Origin: Candidatus Rokuibacteriota bacterium
Lineage (GTDB): Bacteria > JAUVQV01 > DATDCY01
Direction: 5' to 3'
NCBI GenBank assembly: GCA_031406795.1
Contig: JANOHV010000076.1
Location: 1-54,644, forward strand
Length of the DNA: 54,644 nt
Numbering within the stretch: the first letter of the stretch is position 1; each line of letters starts with the position of its first letter. The position numbers and the translations under genes were made by a program. The notes under the pieces were generated by a model. It did not search any database. It saw only the letters and a list, made by a program, of their open reading frames with translations, and was not told the origin of the DNA. This document shows positions 39,234-50,445 of the stretch, piece by piece.

Positions 39234-40035
39234 TCAACTGCGCGTCCTGAGAAATCGGGTGGTGCAGGTGACATCTGGACGCGGGGACGGGCCGTCATCG
39301 TCGGCTCGGGTCCCGGCGTCATCGAGTTGAAACTGTTTCACGATCTCGAGGAAACGGTCGGCCTGGCCGCGCATTTGCTCCGCGGAGGCCGCCAGTTCCG
39401 CCGTGCCCGACGCATTCCGATGGACCATGGTCCGCATCCTTTCCATGGTCTTGACGATCTGCTCCGCCGCCGACGCCTGCTCCTCCGTCGCGGAGGAGAT
39501 TTCGCGCGTCACCTCCCGCAGATTGCCCGTCACCCGGGCGATGTGCGAACTCCCGGCCGACTGCTCCTGGGTGGCCGCGCTGATTTCCCGGGCATTGCGG
39601 TCGACCTCCATGACATTCGCCTTGATCTCCTGGAGCGACTTGCCGACCTGCCGGTTGATGTCCGCGGATTCGCTGACGATCATCATCGATTTCCCCATCT
39701 GTTCCACCGCGTCCCGTGTCTTGGACTGGATGCCCGAGACCAGTTCCGCGATCTCCTTCGTGGATCTGCCCGAGCGCTCGGCGAGCTTTCTCACCTCATC
39801 GGCCACGACGGCGAAGCCCAGCCCGTGTTCACCGGCCCTGGCGGCCTCGATCGCGGCATTCAGCGCCAGCAGGGCGACAAGGACGATGAGAAGCGGGAGC
39901 CCCGTCAGCAGGACGGTGCGGATGTGCCGATACCGCCGCTGTGCCGCCTGGTACGCGTCGGCGCTTTCCCTGACCTGAAAGTCGATGAGCGACGAGCGCG
40001 ACGAGTTTTCTGCCGATCCTCACATTGTCGAACAC
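39234..40035 (-). pseudogene. MCP pseudogene with two internal deletions and a frameshift
   Basis: [14 protein letters not shown] (N-terminus) shifts frame into SLIDFQ...TM2 LLIVLVALL, which is fused directly to the tip motif [17 protein letters not shown]1/ligand domain and HAMP/N-arm are missing. Confidence 0.85.
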
Positions 40036-40212
40036 CGTGATCTCCGCTCCGGGGGCGCGGTACGCACTACCGGCACTGCAGGCCCCGCAGCCCCGTTTCG
40101 TCGAGTGCCTCGTTCATCGTCTCATCTCCTCGCCAGCACGCGCCTGTCTCGCCCGGGGTGACCGCGCTTCACCGTGGCGCTGCATTCTCCGGCGGTCATC
40201 GTCAATCGGACT

Positions 40213-40297
40213 TGCATGATGCGTGCCGTTCGTTAACCTATTGATAATGAAGATGAAGCTTCACAGTTCGATCACGTTGACTCGGGCAGGACGCCCG
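40213..40297 (-). promoter_or_regulatory. Putative sigma54 promoter with IHF site and enhancer palindrome
   Basis: CGGCACG-CATC-ATGCA (40228-40213); TATCAATAGGTTA matches IHF consensus WATCAANNNNTTR (40246-40234); CGGGCAGGACGCCCG at 40283-40297. Confidence 0.65.
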
Positions 40298-40343
40298 ATG
40301 CGATGGCGAGAGGGATCCGCACGGAAACCGATCTCTTACCCGC

Positions 40344-41663
40344 TCATTCCTTCCCCTGAATTTCCGCCAATTTTCGATACAGCGTCTTGGGATCGATCCC
40401 CAGGATTTCGGCGGCCTTGCCCCGCTGACCCCCGCACTCCCGCAGGACTCTGAGCAGGTGCTCCCGCTCGACGTCGGCCAGGCGTCGGGAGGAGCTGCCC
40501 TCGACCATGCCGAGATCGGCCGGGAGGTTCTCCACGTCGATCACCTCGCTTCCGGTCAGCAGCAGGGTGCGGTAGACGACGTTCTGCAACTCCCGGACGT
40601 TGCCCGGCCACCGATACGCCGCCAACACGTTCATCGCCCGCGGCGTGAAACGCACCTTGCGGTAGCGCGGGTTGATCTCGATGAAGTGCTCGACCAGAGC
40701 AGGGATGTCCTCGCGCCGTTCCCGCAGGGGCGGCACCAGGATCGTGAAGGTGCTGATCCGATAGTAGAGATCGGCGCGGAATCCCCCGTTCGCAACCTCG
40801 GCCTTGATCTCCTTGTTGGAGGCGGAGACGAGCCGCACGTCCACCTTGACCTCCTTGACGCCGCCGACCCGGAAGAACGTGCCGCTCTCGAGCACCCGCA
40901 GGAACTTCACCTGCAGCGCGGCGGGCAGCTCGCCGACTTCGTCGAGAAAGAGCGTGCCGTGATCGGCGATCTCGAGCAGTCCGGCTTTGCGGGCCTGCGC
41001 GCCGGTGTAGGCGCCCCGCTCGTAGCCGAAGAGTTCGCTCTCGATGAGGTTTTCGGGGATCGCCCCGCAGTTCAGCGGGATGAACGGCCCTTCGGCCCGC
41101 GGCGAGGATCGGTGCAGCGCCCGGGCGATCAATTCCTTGCCGACGCCGCTCTCCCCCTCGACGAGAAGGGGGAAGTCGGACGCCGCAATCTTCCCGACGG
41201 TGGCGAGGATGGCGTGCATGGCCGGGCTGCGGCTGACCATCTCCACGGTGCCGTCCTGCCGCTGGATCCGGGTCCGCAGCAGGATGTTTTCGCTGCGCAG
41301 CCGTTTCTTCTCGACGGCTTTCTCGAGGACGGCGAGCAATTCCGCCAGCGTGAACGGCTTGGTCAGGAAATCGTAGGCGCCGAGCTTCATGGCCGCCACC
41401 GCCAGGGGGACGGTGCCGTGTCCGGTGAGAACAATGACCTCGGAGGTGCCTTCGCTCTGCTTGAGCCGCTCCAGAACGTCCATGCCGCCCATCCTCGGCA
41501 TGTTGAGATCGAGGAGCAGCACGTCGAACTCCCCCGACTCGAGAACCTCGAGCGCCTCGGACCCACTCTGCGCCTCGGCGACCTCGTGGCCCGCCTCGGA
41601 AAGCTCGCCGAGAATCACCCTTCTGAAGTTCCTGTCGTCATCGGCGATGAGGATTTTCGACAT
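40344..41663 (-). CDS. Sigma54-dependent response regulator (NtrC/AtoC family: REC-AAA+-Fis HTH)
   Basis: GESGVGKE, ESELFG, GAYTGA, LFLDEVGE, WPGNVREL, AAEILGI..KTLYRK. Confidence 0.96.
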   Translation of the reverse strand: MSKILIADDDRNFRRVILGELSEAGHEVAEAQSGSEALEVLESGEFDVLLLDLNMPRMGGMDVLERLKQSEGTSEVIVLTGHGTVPLAVAAMKLGAYDFLTKPFTLAELLAVLEKAVEKKRLRSENILLRTRIQRQDGTVEMVSRSPAMHAILATVGKIAASDFPLLVEGESGVGKELIARALHRSSPRAEGPFIPLNCGAIPENLIESELFGYERGAYTGAQARKAGLLEIADHGTLFLDEVGELPAALQVKFLRVLESGTFFRVGGVKEVKVDVRLVSASNKEIKAEVANGGFRADLYYRISTFTILVPPLRERREDIPALVEHFIEINPRYRKVRFTPRAMNVLAAYRWPGNVRELQNVVYRTLLLTGSEVIDVENLPADLGMVEGSSSRRLADVEREHLLRVLRECGGQRGKAAEILGIDPKTLYRKLAEIQGKE

Positions 41664-41679
41664 CAGGGCACCCGCGCGG

Positions 41680-44478
41680 TCACGCTTCCGCGAACTCCGG
41701 CGCCGCGGGCAGCCGGATCAGTACGGTCGTGCCCCGGCCCGGCTGCGAATCGACGGTAATCTCCCCGCCGAAGTCCTCGACGATCCGCTTGGCGATCGAG
41801 AGCCCGAGCCCGGTTCCCCCCTGCGCGGCCTTCGTGGTCAGGAAGGGGGTGAAGATGCTGCTCATCACCTCCTGCGAAATGCCCGGCCCCTCGTCGGTTA
41901 TCGAGACCGTGACCATGCCGTCCGCGGCGGCCAGCCCGCAGCGCAACGTCCCCTCGTCCCGCATGGCGTCCAGCGCGTTGCTGAGCACAATCAGCAGCAC
42001 CTGACGCAACTCCCCCTCGCTGGCCACGACCGCCGGCAGGTCGGGCGGGGACTCCCGCACCACGGTCACCGAGCGCAGACGGCCCTGGAACCCGACCAGT
42101 TCGAGTGCGCGGTCAAGCGCTTCGTCGAGACGGACCACAGCCGTTTCGTAGCTGCCCTGGCGGACGAAGGAGAGCATCGCCGTGGTGATCTTCTTGCAAC
42201 GGAACACCTCCTCGTGAACGATGCCGAGGTACTCCCGGAAGAGGACCGGGTCGATGCGCTCGCGCTCGATCCGGCTCAGCAGGGCCTCGGCGCAACCGGC
42301 AATCGAGGCCAGCGGGTTGTTGATCTCGTGGGCGATTCCGGAGGCCATCTGCCCGAGCGCGGCGAGTCGTTCGCCCGTCATCATCCGCCGGGTGCGCTCG
42401 CGCTCGTCGGTCACGTCCTCCGCGAGCCGCACGTAGCGGTCCACTTCTCCGCCCGTGGAGGAGGCATAGGGGAAGTAGGAGACGCGGAAGACCCGGCCGG
42501 TGCGCGGGTCGAGCACCTCCTGGATCCCTGTGCCGATGCAGCGGGCGGTCGCGAGCAGCGGGCACTCGGCCGCAAGCTCGTGCCCGCCGATGCAGAACTC
42601 GCGGCAGCTATGGTCGACGACATCGCGCGGATGCACGTCGAAATAGGCGGCGTAGGCCTTGTTGACCTTGAGAATGCGGTTGTTGCCGTCGAGAATGGAC
42701 ACCATGTCGGTGATCCCGTCGAAGGTGTTCTGCCATTCCCTGTGGGACTGGGTGACCACCTCGATCAGGGCCTGCAGTTCGCCGATCAGGCGTTCGCGCT
42801 CGGCCTGGGCCTGACGCTGAGGCGTGATGTCGCGCGAGATGCCGAAGACGCCGGCCGGACCATCCCCGCCCCCCGGAAGGGCGACAAGCGTGGTGCCGAG
42901 CCAGCGTTCCGCCTCCGGGAAGGAAAAGCGATCTTCGCGGTACCGGGCTTCGCCCGTGGCGAGAACCTGCGCGATGCTCTCGCCCATGTGCTCGAGCGCC
43001 TCGGGGGGGAAGATATCGGCGATCCCCCTGCCGATCAGCGCCGCGGGTGCGAGGTGGAAGAGCCGGGCGCCCGTGCCGTTGACGAACACGATACGCCGCT
43101 CCCGATCGAGGACGAAGATCGTGTCGCTCGCCGCCTCCGCCAGCGTCCGGAAGCGCTGCTCGCTGACCCGCAACCGCTCTTCGGCACCGCGGCGGATGAT
43201 CACGCCGGCGAGGGTGTTGGCGACCGCGCTGAGAAAAGTGATCTCCTCGATGTTCGCGACATGTCCGGGTCGCAAGTAGAGATTGAGCACCCCGACCGGC
43301 TCCTGACCCGAGAGAATCGGCACGCAGTAGTGCCCGTGCGGGGTCATGCCCGCGTAGCGGTTCTCGTGGTCGTCCCCGACGGCGGCCGCGTGCACGACCC
43401 GGCGATCGGCGGCGGCGCGGCCGCACAGACAGCGTCCGAACGCCACGCGCCGGCACGTCTCCAGCAGCGCCGGGTCCAGCCCGCTCTGCGCTCGCATCGC
43501 GAGCTCCTCCCCTTCGGCGACGAAGATGCTCCCCTTGGACTCCACGGACAGCCACGGGATGCCGAGGACCAGGTCGAGGCTGCGCCGGAGCACGGCGTCG
43601 AGCGGCTGCTCGCCCAGAGAGAACCGCAGCAGATCGTTCAGCACCCGCTGGCCGTCGTACGCGCGGCGGGTGCGCTCCTCGCCGCGCTGCAACTCCTCGT
43701 TCGCCGCCCGCACTTTCGCGAGGAGACTGTCGCGCTCGTGTTCCCGGAAGCTCAGCGCGTCGGCCATCCGGTTGAATCCCGCTTCGACCCGCGTGATCTC
43801 GTCCTGTCCCCGGACGGCGGCGCGCGCCGAGAGCTCCCCCCCCTCGAACCGCTGCATGACCGCGTCGAGGGCGTCCAGCCGCCGCGAGATCCAGCGGCGC
43901 GCGAGAGCGAGCGTGACCCAGCCGATGCCGAGGAACATGCCCAGCAGCAGCAGCAGGCCGACGCCGATTTCCGCGACGACGTCCTTGCGGTAGTTCGTGA
44001 GATCGAGATCGACGACAAGGCAGCCCAGGAACCGCCCCGCCGGCACGTGGCAGCCGCGGCACGAGGCCTCGGCCGGCAACGGCCGCGCCCAGCGCAGGAC
44101 ACCGTCGAGAGCGACGCTGCGGCGGCTGGCATCGGCATGGCATTCGCGGCAGCCCGCGGTTTCTCGGGACAGCGTCCGTCCCTGCAGCGACGGGTCGTTC
44201 GTCACGCGCACCACGCCGGCGGTGTTGACGAGAAAGGCGCGCCGCACCGGCTGCGGGAGCGGGCGATCCCCGAAGGAGTTCTCCGCCAGGGGCTCCCGGT
44301 GCTCGCGCATCCGGGCTTCGAGGCGGCCGAAGATCTGGTCGGCGACCATCCCCCCGACCAGTTCGAGCCGCCGGCGCTCGTGGCCCGTCGAGAGCAGATA
44401 GTAGACGGCGCCGGCCAGAACTCCGGAAAGCAGACAAATCGCGAACAGCCCGAACAGCAGCCGATGCGCGATCTTCAC
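41680..44478 (-). CDS. Membrane sensor histidine kinase: periplasmic diheme c domain, HAMP, GAF, 2 PAS, HisKA, HATPase
   Basis: CRECH and CRGCH between two TM helices; DEITRV HAMP; AHEINNPL, NALDA, DEGPGI, FTPFLTTK, GTGLGL. Confidence 0.93.
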   Translation of the reverse strand: MKIAHRLLFGLFAICLLSGVLAGAVYYLLSTGHERRRLELVGGMVADQIFGRLEARMREHREPLAENSFGDRPLPQPVRRAFLVNTAGVVRVTNDPSLQGRTLSRETAGCRECHADASRRSVALDGVLRWARPLPAEASCRGCHVPAGRFLGCLVVDLDLTNYRKDVVAEIGVGLLLLLGMFLGIGWVTLALARRWISRRLDALDAVMQRFEGGELSARAAVRGQDEITRVEAGFNRMADALSFREHERDSLLAKVRAANEELQRGEERTRRAYDGQRVLNDLLRFSLGEQPLDAVLRRSLDLVLGIPWLSVESKGSIFVAEGEELAMRAQSGLDPALLETCRRVAFGRCLCGRAAADRRVVHAAAVGDDHENRYAGMTPHGHYCVPILSGQEPVGVLNLYLRPGHVANIEEITFLSAVANTLAGVIIRRGAEERLRVSEQRFRTLAEAASDTIFVLDRERRIVFVNGTGARLFHLAPAALIGRGIADIFPPEALEHMGESIAQVLATGEARYREDRFSFPEAERWLGTTLVALPGGGDGPAGVFGISRDITPQRQAQAERERLIGELQALIEVVTQSHREWQNTFDGITDMVSILDGNNRILKVNKAYAAYFDVHPRDVVDHSCREFCIGGHELAAECPLLATARCIGTGIQEVLDPRTGRVFRVSYFPYASSTGGEVDRYVRLAEDVTDERERTRRMMTGERLAALGQMASGIAHEINNPLASIAGCAEALLSRIERERIDPVLFREYLGIVHEEVFRCKKITTAMLSFVRQGSYETAVVRLDEALDRALELVGFQGRLRSVTVVRESPPDLPAVVASEGELRQVLLIVLSNALDAMRDEGTLRCGLAAADGMVTVSITDEGPGISQEVMSSIFTPFLTTKAAQGGTGLGLSIAKRIVEDFGGEITVDSQPGRGTTVLIRLPAAPEFAEA

Positions 44479-44485
44479 GCCAGGC

Positions 44486-46288
<1,803 letters not shown>

Positions 46289-46341
46289 GTTTTCCTCGTT
46301 TCTCGTGCAATGTTGTCCGGCGCCGCTCGCCGGGATGCGGG

Positions 46342-47118
46342 TCAGACCGCGAGTTTCCCGTCGCCGAAATCCAGCAGCACCCGCAGCAGACTGAAGATCG
46401 TCGCGAAGAAGATCACCCCGACGAGGCACATCACGATCATCAGCGGCAGGAACCAGGCCAGGAAGGCCCGCGCCGTCGAAGTCCGGTGCAGCTCGCGCAT
46501 CCCGATCACCTGGACGACGACCTGCCAGATGCCGCCGACGAGCACGCCGCAGAGCGGGAAGACGTTGAAAGCCAGCGCCGATGTCGAGTAGCAGACGGCC
46601 TTGAGCGTCGTCCGGTAGGTGCCGTTTGCGCCGCCGAGCACGGCCAGCGTGACGTGCTCCAGCGCGGCGGTGACGAGACACTGCAGGGCGACCATGGCCG
46701 GGACGACGATCAGAAAGGCCGCCAGCGCGGCCCAATTCCCGAAGTTGAACAGGAAACGACCGCCGCGCTCGACCGAGAACTGGTTGGCGAGTGCGCTCTG
46801 CCAGAGGAAGAACACCGCGATCGAGAGGGTGCCGACGATCACCGCATAGAGCAGCGCGGCACCGCCGCCGTGATCCGGAGCGGTCCCGCGGAAAAACGCG
46901 GCCGGGTGAAAGAGCGTCTGCTGCAGGGTCTCCGCGAATGCCGCCACGGGACCGCGGCCGGCGCGTTCCTCCCACGGGTTGTCCCCGGGTCCCCTGTCAG
47001 GCACCGTGGCCGTGGCCGGCGCCACGGGCGCCGGCTCGACGGCGGCCACCCGCGCGCCGCAATAACGACAAAAAGCCCCCCCGGACGGAATCTCATGGTA
47101 ACAGCTGGGGCAAATCAC
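46342..47118 (-). CDS. Zinc-ribbon + YIP1-family membrane protein
   Basis: CPSC..FCRYCG, PWEER, LFHPAAFF, about five hydrophobic segments. Confidence 0.8.
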   Translation of the reverse strand: MICPSCYHEIPSGGAFCRYCGARVAAVEPAPVAPATATVPDRGPGDNPWEERAGRGPVAAFAETLQQTLFHPAAFFRGTAPDHGGGAALLYAVIVGTLSIAVFFLWQSALANQFSVERGGRFLFNFGNWAALAAFLIVVPAMVALQCLVTAALEHVTLAVLGGANGTYRTTLKAVCYSTSALAFNVFPLCGVLVGGIWQVVVQVIGMRELHRTSTARAFLAWFLPLMIVMCLVGVIFFATIFSLLRVLLDFGDGKLAV

Positions 47119-47217
47119 GCGCTTTTCAACCGATCGTCGAGGCCCATGGCGGTCGTCATGGTACCAGAATCGCCGGCGGCGTGAATAGCGCGAACCTGCC
47201 GGCTGCCGAAAATGGTC

Positions 47218-47245
47218 TTGTCAGGCCGCGCGGTTGCCCTACAAT
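47218..47245 (+). promoter_or_regulatory. Putative sigma70 promoter
   Basis: TTGTCA-16 bp-TACAAT upstream of the GGAGG RBS and ATG 47268. Confidence 0.5.
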
Positions 47246-47267
47246 GGCCCCCATTTGGAGGGAGATC

Positions 47268-48980
47268 ATGAACCGGAACCAGACCGCGGGTGAACCCGGC
47301 CTCGGCAGCGACGCCCTGCTGGCAGCGTACCAGCTGCTGATCGAGACCACCGTCGAGACCGGGGACGACGATGTCATGCTGCAGCGTGCTCTGGTGGTAC
47401 TGGGGTCGATCCGCTGGCCGGGGCAGCAGCAGTCGTTCTCGGCCCTGCTGCCCGCCGCGGACGCCGCCTCCCTGCGTCTGGCGGCAAGCGTCGGCGGCCC
47501 CGCCGCATCGCCCCCGCCGTGCAACGACTACAAAGCCGCAGCCTGCCTCTGCGGGCGCGCGCTGGTCCGTCCGGGACGTCTGCTCAGTTTCGACGCAACG
47601 GCCGAGACGGAGCGTCTGCCCTGCGACCCCCGGGGCCGGGGACTGCACCTGGTCCTGCCGCTGCCGGCGCGCGGCCGCGTTCTGGGGATACTGCACGTCC
47701 TGGTCCTCTCGGGATCCCCGCCCGGGGACCAGGAGCAGTCCTTCCTGGTCCAGGTCGCCTCCCTTCTCGGCGCCGAACTGCACCGGCGTCTCGGCGAGCG
47801 GGAGCACGACCGGCTCGAGATGCAGTTTCTGCAGGCGCAGAAGATGGAGGCGGTCGGCAGGCTGGCCGGCGGCGTGGCGCACGATTTCAACAACATCCTC
47901 ACGGCGATCACCAACTACGCCGACCTCGGCCTGCTCAAACTGCCGGCGGAGAGCCCGCTGCGGCGCAACTTCGAGGAGATCATCGCCGCCTCCGACCGTG
48001 CCGCGCTGCTGACGCAACAGCTCCTGGCCTTTTCGCGGCGCCAGGTGCTCGCGCCGCGCATTCTCGATGTCGCCGCCCTCATCGCCGAACTGTGCAAGAC
48101 GCTGCGCCGGCTGCTGGGAGTCGACATCGAGCTTTCGATCGACACCGAACGGGGGCTCGCGCGCATCCTGGCGGACCCGGCGCTGATCGAGCAATTGATC
48201 ATCAACCTCGTGGTGAGCGCGCGGGACGCCATGCCGCGGGGGGGGGCGATCACCCTTGCCACCGCCAACACCGAGTTCGACGCGAGCTACACCCTCGATC
48301 ATCCCGCGGTGGCGCCGGGGGCCTACCTCTGCCTCGCGGTCAGCGCCAACGGTCCCGGGATGTCCGCGGATTTCGGCGGGGCGCTCGGCGGGATGGGCGG
48401 CACGGCGCCCGATCAGCGCACCGGTGTCGCCCTGGGGCCGATCGCCGTCAACGACATCATCCAGCAGGGCGGCGGGCATGCGCAGATCGTGAGTTCCCCG
48501 GACGCCGGGACGACCGTGCGTGTCTGCTTCCCGGCCGTGAGCGCCGCCGCGGCGGGCACGGCTGCGCCGGAGAGCGCCTTTCACCTGCCGCGCGGCAGCG
48601 AGACGATCCTGATTGCCGAGGATGACGACTCGGTGCGTGTCGTGATGGCGGAAGTGCTGCGCGATCTCGGCTACCAGGTGCTCGAGGCCCGCGAGGGACG
48701 CGAGGCGCTCGACCTCGCCGCCGCACACGCGGGACACATCGATGTCTTGCTGACCGATGCGGTCATGCCCGGCTTTGGCGGCAGCGAATTGCTGCAGCGG
48801 CTCTCCGCAACGCGGCCGGAACTGCGCGTGCTTTACATCTTCGGCGTCATGGACGACGTGCCGGCACATGACGGACGCGCCGGCTCCGGCGCCGTGTTTC
48901 TCCAGAAGCCCTTCAGTCCCTGGTCGCTGGCCTCCCGGATCCGCCAGGTTCTCGACGCGCCGTCACGGGCGCAGCGGTGA
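47268..48980 (+). CDS. Hybrid histidine kinase-like protein (GAF-HisKA-degenerate HATPase-REC)
   Basis: QAQKMEAVGRLAGGVAHDFNN H-box; REC LIAEDD / LLTDAVMP / QKPF; ATP-binding boxes are degenerate. Confidence 0.9.
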   Translation: MNRNQTAGEPGLGSDALLAAYQLLIETTVETGDDDVMLQRALVVLGSIRWPGQQQSFSALLPAADAASLRLAASVGGPAASPPPCNDYKAAACLCGRALVRPGRLLSFDATAETERLPCDPRGRGLHLVLPLPARGRVLGILHVLVLSGSPPGDQEQSFLVQVASLLGAELHRRLGEREHDRLEMQFLQAQKMEAVGRLAGGVAHDFNNILTAITNYADLGLLKLPAESPLRRNFEEIIAASDRAALLTQQLLAFSRRQVLAPRILDVAALIAELCKTLRRLLGVDIELSIDTERGLARILADPALIEQLIINLVVSARDAMPRGGAITLATANTEFDASYTLDHPAVAPGAYLCLAVSANGPGMSADFGGALGGMGGTAPDQRTGVALGPIAVNDIIQQGGGHAQIVSSPDAGTTVRVCFPAVSAAAAGTAAPESAFHLPRGSETILIAEDDDSVRVVMAEVLRDLGYQVLEAREGREALDLAAAHAGHIDVLLTDAVMPGFGGSELLQRLSATRPELRVLYIFGVMDDVPAHDGRAGSGAVFLQKPFSPWSLASRIRQVLDAPSRAQR

Positions 48981-50182
48981 GGCTCGCCGGCCGGGCGCCC
49001 GCCCAGGTTTCCGGCCCGCGATTCGACCGCCTCGAGATCGCCGGCTCCTTCGGTGATCTGGGAACGTTTCTCCCGATCGTCGTCGCGATGATTCTGATCA
49101 ACGGGCTGAGCCCGTCCGCCGTGCTGCTCGCCTTCGGACTCTTCTACATCTTCACCGGCCTCTTCTACGGGCTGCCGGTGCCCGTCCAGCCGCTGAAGGC
49201 CGTCGCCGCCATCGCTATCGCCAGCCCGGCGCTCGTCACCGTGCCGGTCATCGCCGCCGCCGGCATCCTCTTCGGCGCGGTGATGTTCCTGCTCTGGGCC
49301 GGCCACCTCGTCGAACTCGCCGCCCGGCTCTTCACCCCGGCGGTCGTCCGCGGCATCCAGTTTTCCCTCGGGCTGATCTTCCTGCGCAAGGGGTTCGAAC
49401 TCATCGTCAGCGGCCGGATGTTCGTCGATGGACGGGAAGGACCGCTTGCCGCCCACCACGCCAACCTCTGGCTCGGCATCCTGGTCTTCGTCCTCGTGCT
49501 CGTGCTGCTCGACAACCGGCGTTTTCCGGCGGCCCTGGTCGCGCTCGCCGTCGGCATCGTGGTCGGCATTTTCGGCGGCGGCCTGGATGGGGTGCCCCTC
49601 GCGCTCGGCCCCACCGAGGTGAGCCTGATCATCCCGAAGGCCGGGGACTTCTGGACCGCCGCGGTCCTGCTGGTCCTGCCGCAGATCCCGCTGACCATCG
49701 GCAACGCCTGCATCGGGACCGCCGCGACCGCCGCCAGCCTCTTCCCCGAGGACCGGCGACTCGGCCGGGCTCAGGCCGCCACCTTCGCTTTCACGATGGG
49801 CCTGGCCAACATCCCGGCCGGGCTCCTCGGGGCCATACCGATGTGCCACGGCACCGGCGGGCTCGTCGCGCATCACCGCTTCGGGGCGCGCACCGGCGGC
49901 GCGCCGATCTTCCTCGGCCTGATTCTTGTCGTCATGGCCCTGGTCTTCGGGCGTTTCGGCTTCGCGCTGCTGGCTTCGATCCCGAACGGCGTGCTCGGCG
50001 TGCTGCTGGTCTTCTCCGGCCTCGAACTCTGCCCGCTCGTGCGCAGCCTGAAGACCAACGAGGAGTACTTCGTGGCGCTGGTCATCGCGGGAATCGCGTT
50101 GGCCGTGCCGAACATGGCGTGGGCGTTCGGGGCGGGAATCGTCATCGACCAAATCATCCGCCGCACCCGCGTGACCGTGTAG
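48977..50182 (+). CDS. MOT1-family molybdate/sulfate transporter
   Basis: GSFGDLGTFLP, PVPVQPLKA, PQIPLTIGNA, PMCHGTGGL..RFGARTG; GTGA overlap with the upstream gene. Confidence 0.88.
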   Translation: MRLAGRAPAQVSGPRFDRLEIAGSFGDLGTFLPIVVAMILINGLSPSAVLLAFGLFYIFTGLFYGLPVPVQPLKAVAAIAIASPALVTVPVIAAAGILFGAVMFLLWAGHLVELAARLFTPAVVRGIQFSLGLIFLRKGFELIVSGRMFVDGREGPLAAHHANLWLGILVFVLVLVLLDNRRFPAALVALAVGIVVGIFGGGLDGVPLALGPTEVSLIIPKAGDFWTAAVLLVLPQIPLTIGNACIGTAATAASLFPEDRRLGRAQAATFAFTMGLANIPAGLLGAIPMCHGTGGLVAHHRFGARTGGAPIFLGLILVVMALVFGRFGFALLASIPNGVLGVLLVFSGLELCPLVRSLKTNEEYFVALVIAGIALAVPNMAWAFGAGIVIDQIIRRTRVTV

Positions 50183-50323
50183 CCCGGGTCATTCAGGAGG
50201 GCTTTTCGCGCCCCGGCGGCGTTGCGGGTCGGGCTGCTTGTGCGGCGGGCAGCAGCCCGCCTCCGCGCGCCCTTCCCCGCTGCCTTGCCGGGACGCGAAA
50301 ATCCGCTCCTGACTGACCTGGGC
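50182..50323 (+). repeat. Repeat family B copy 2: 142-bp long-hairpin element
   Basis: GCCCGGGTCATTCAGGAG ... CTCCTGACTGACCTGGGC termini; homologous to 19569-19709. Confidence 0.85.
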
Positions 50324-50445
50324 AGCACGTGCACTTCAAGGACGTTCCAAGTCTCGTCGGGTTTGTTGCCCTCGCTTCGCTGGGCTATGAACCGGTGTCT
50401 TGTGCTTGACTTGCCTGATCTGCAGTTGGACAATCCATGGCATTC

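Noticed and set aside
40060-40125. Short ORF MNEALDETGLRGLQCR with a GAGGAG RBS upstream of the MCP pseudogene
   Set aside because: Too short and without recognisable motifs; possibly a remnant of another deleted gene.
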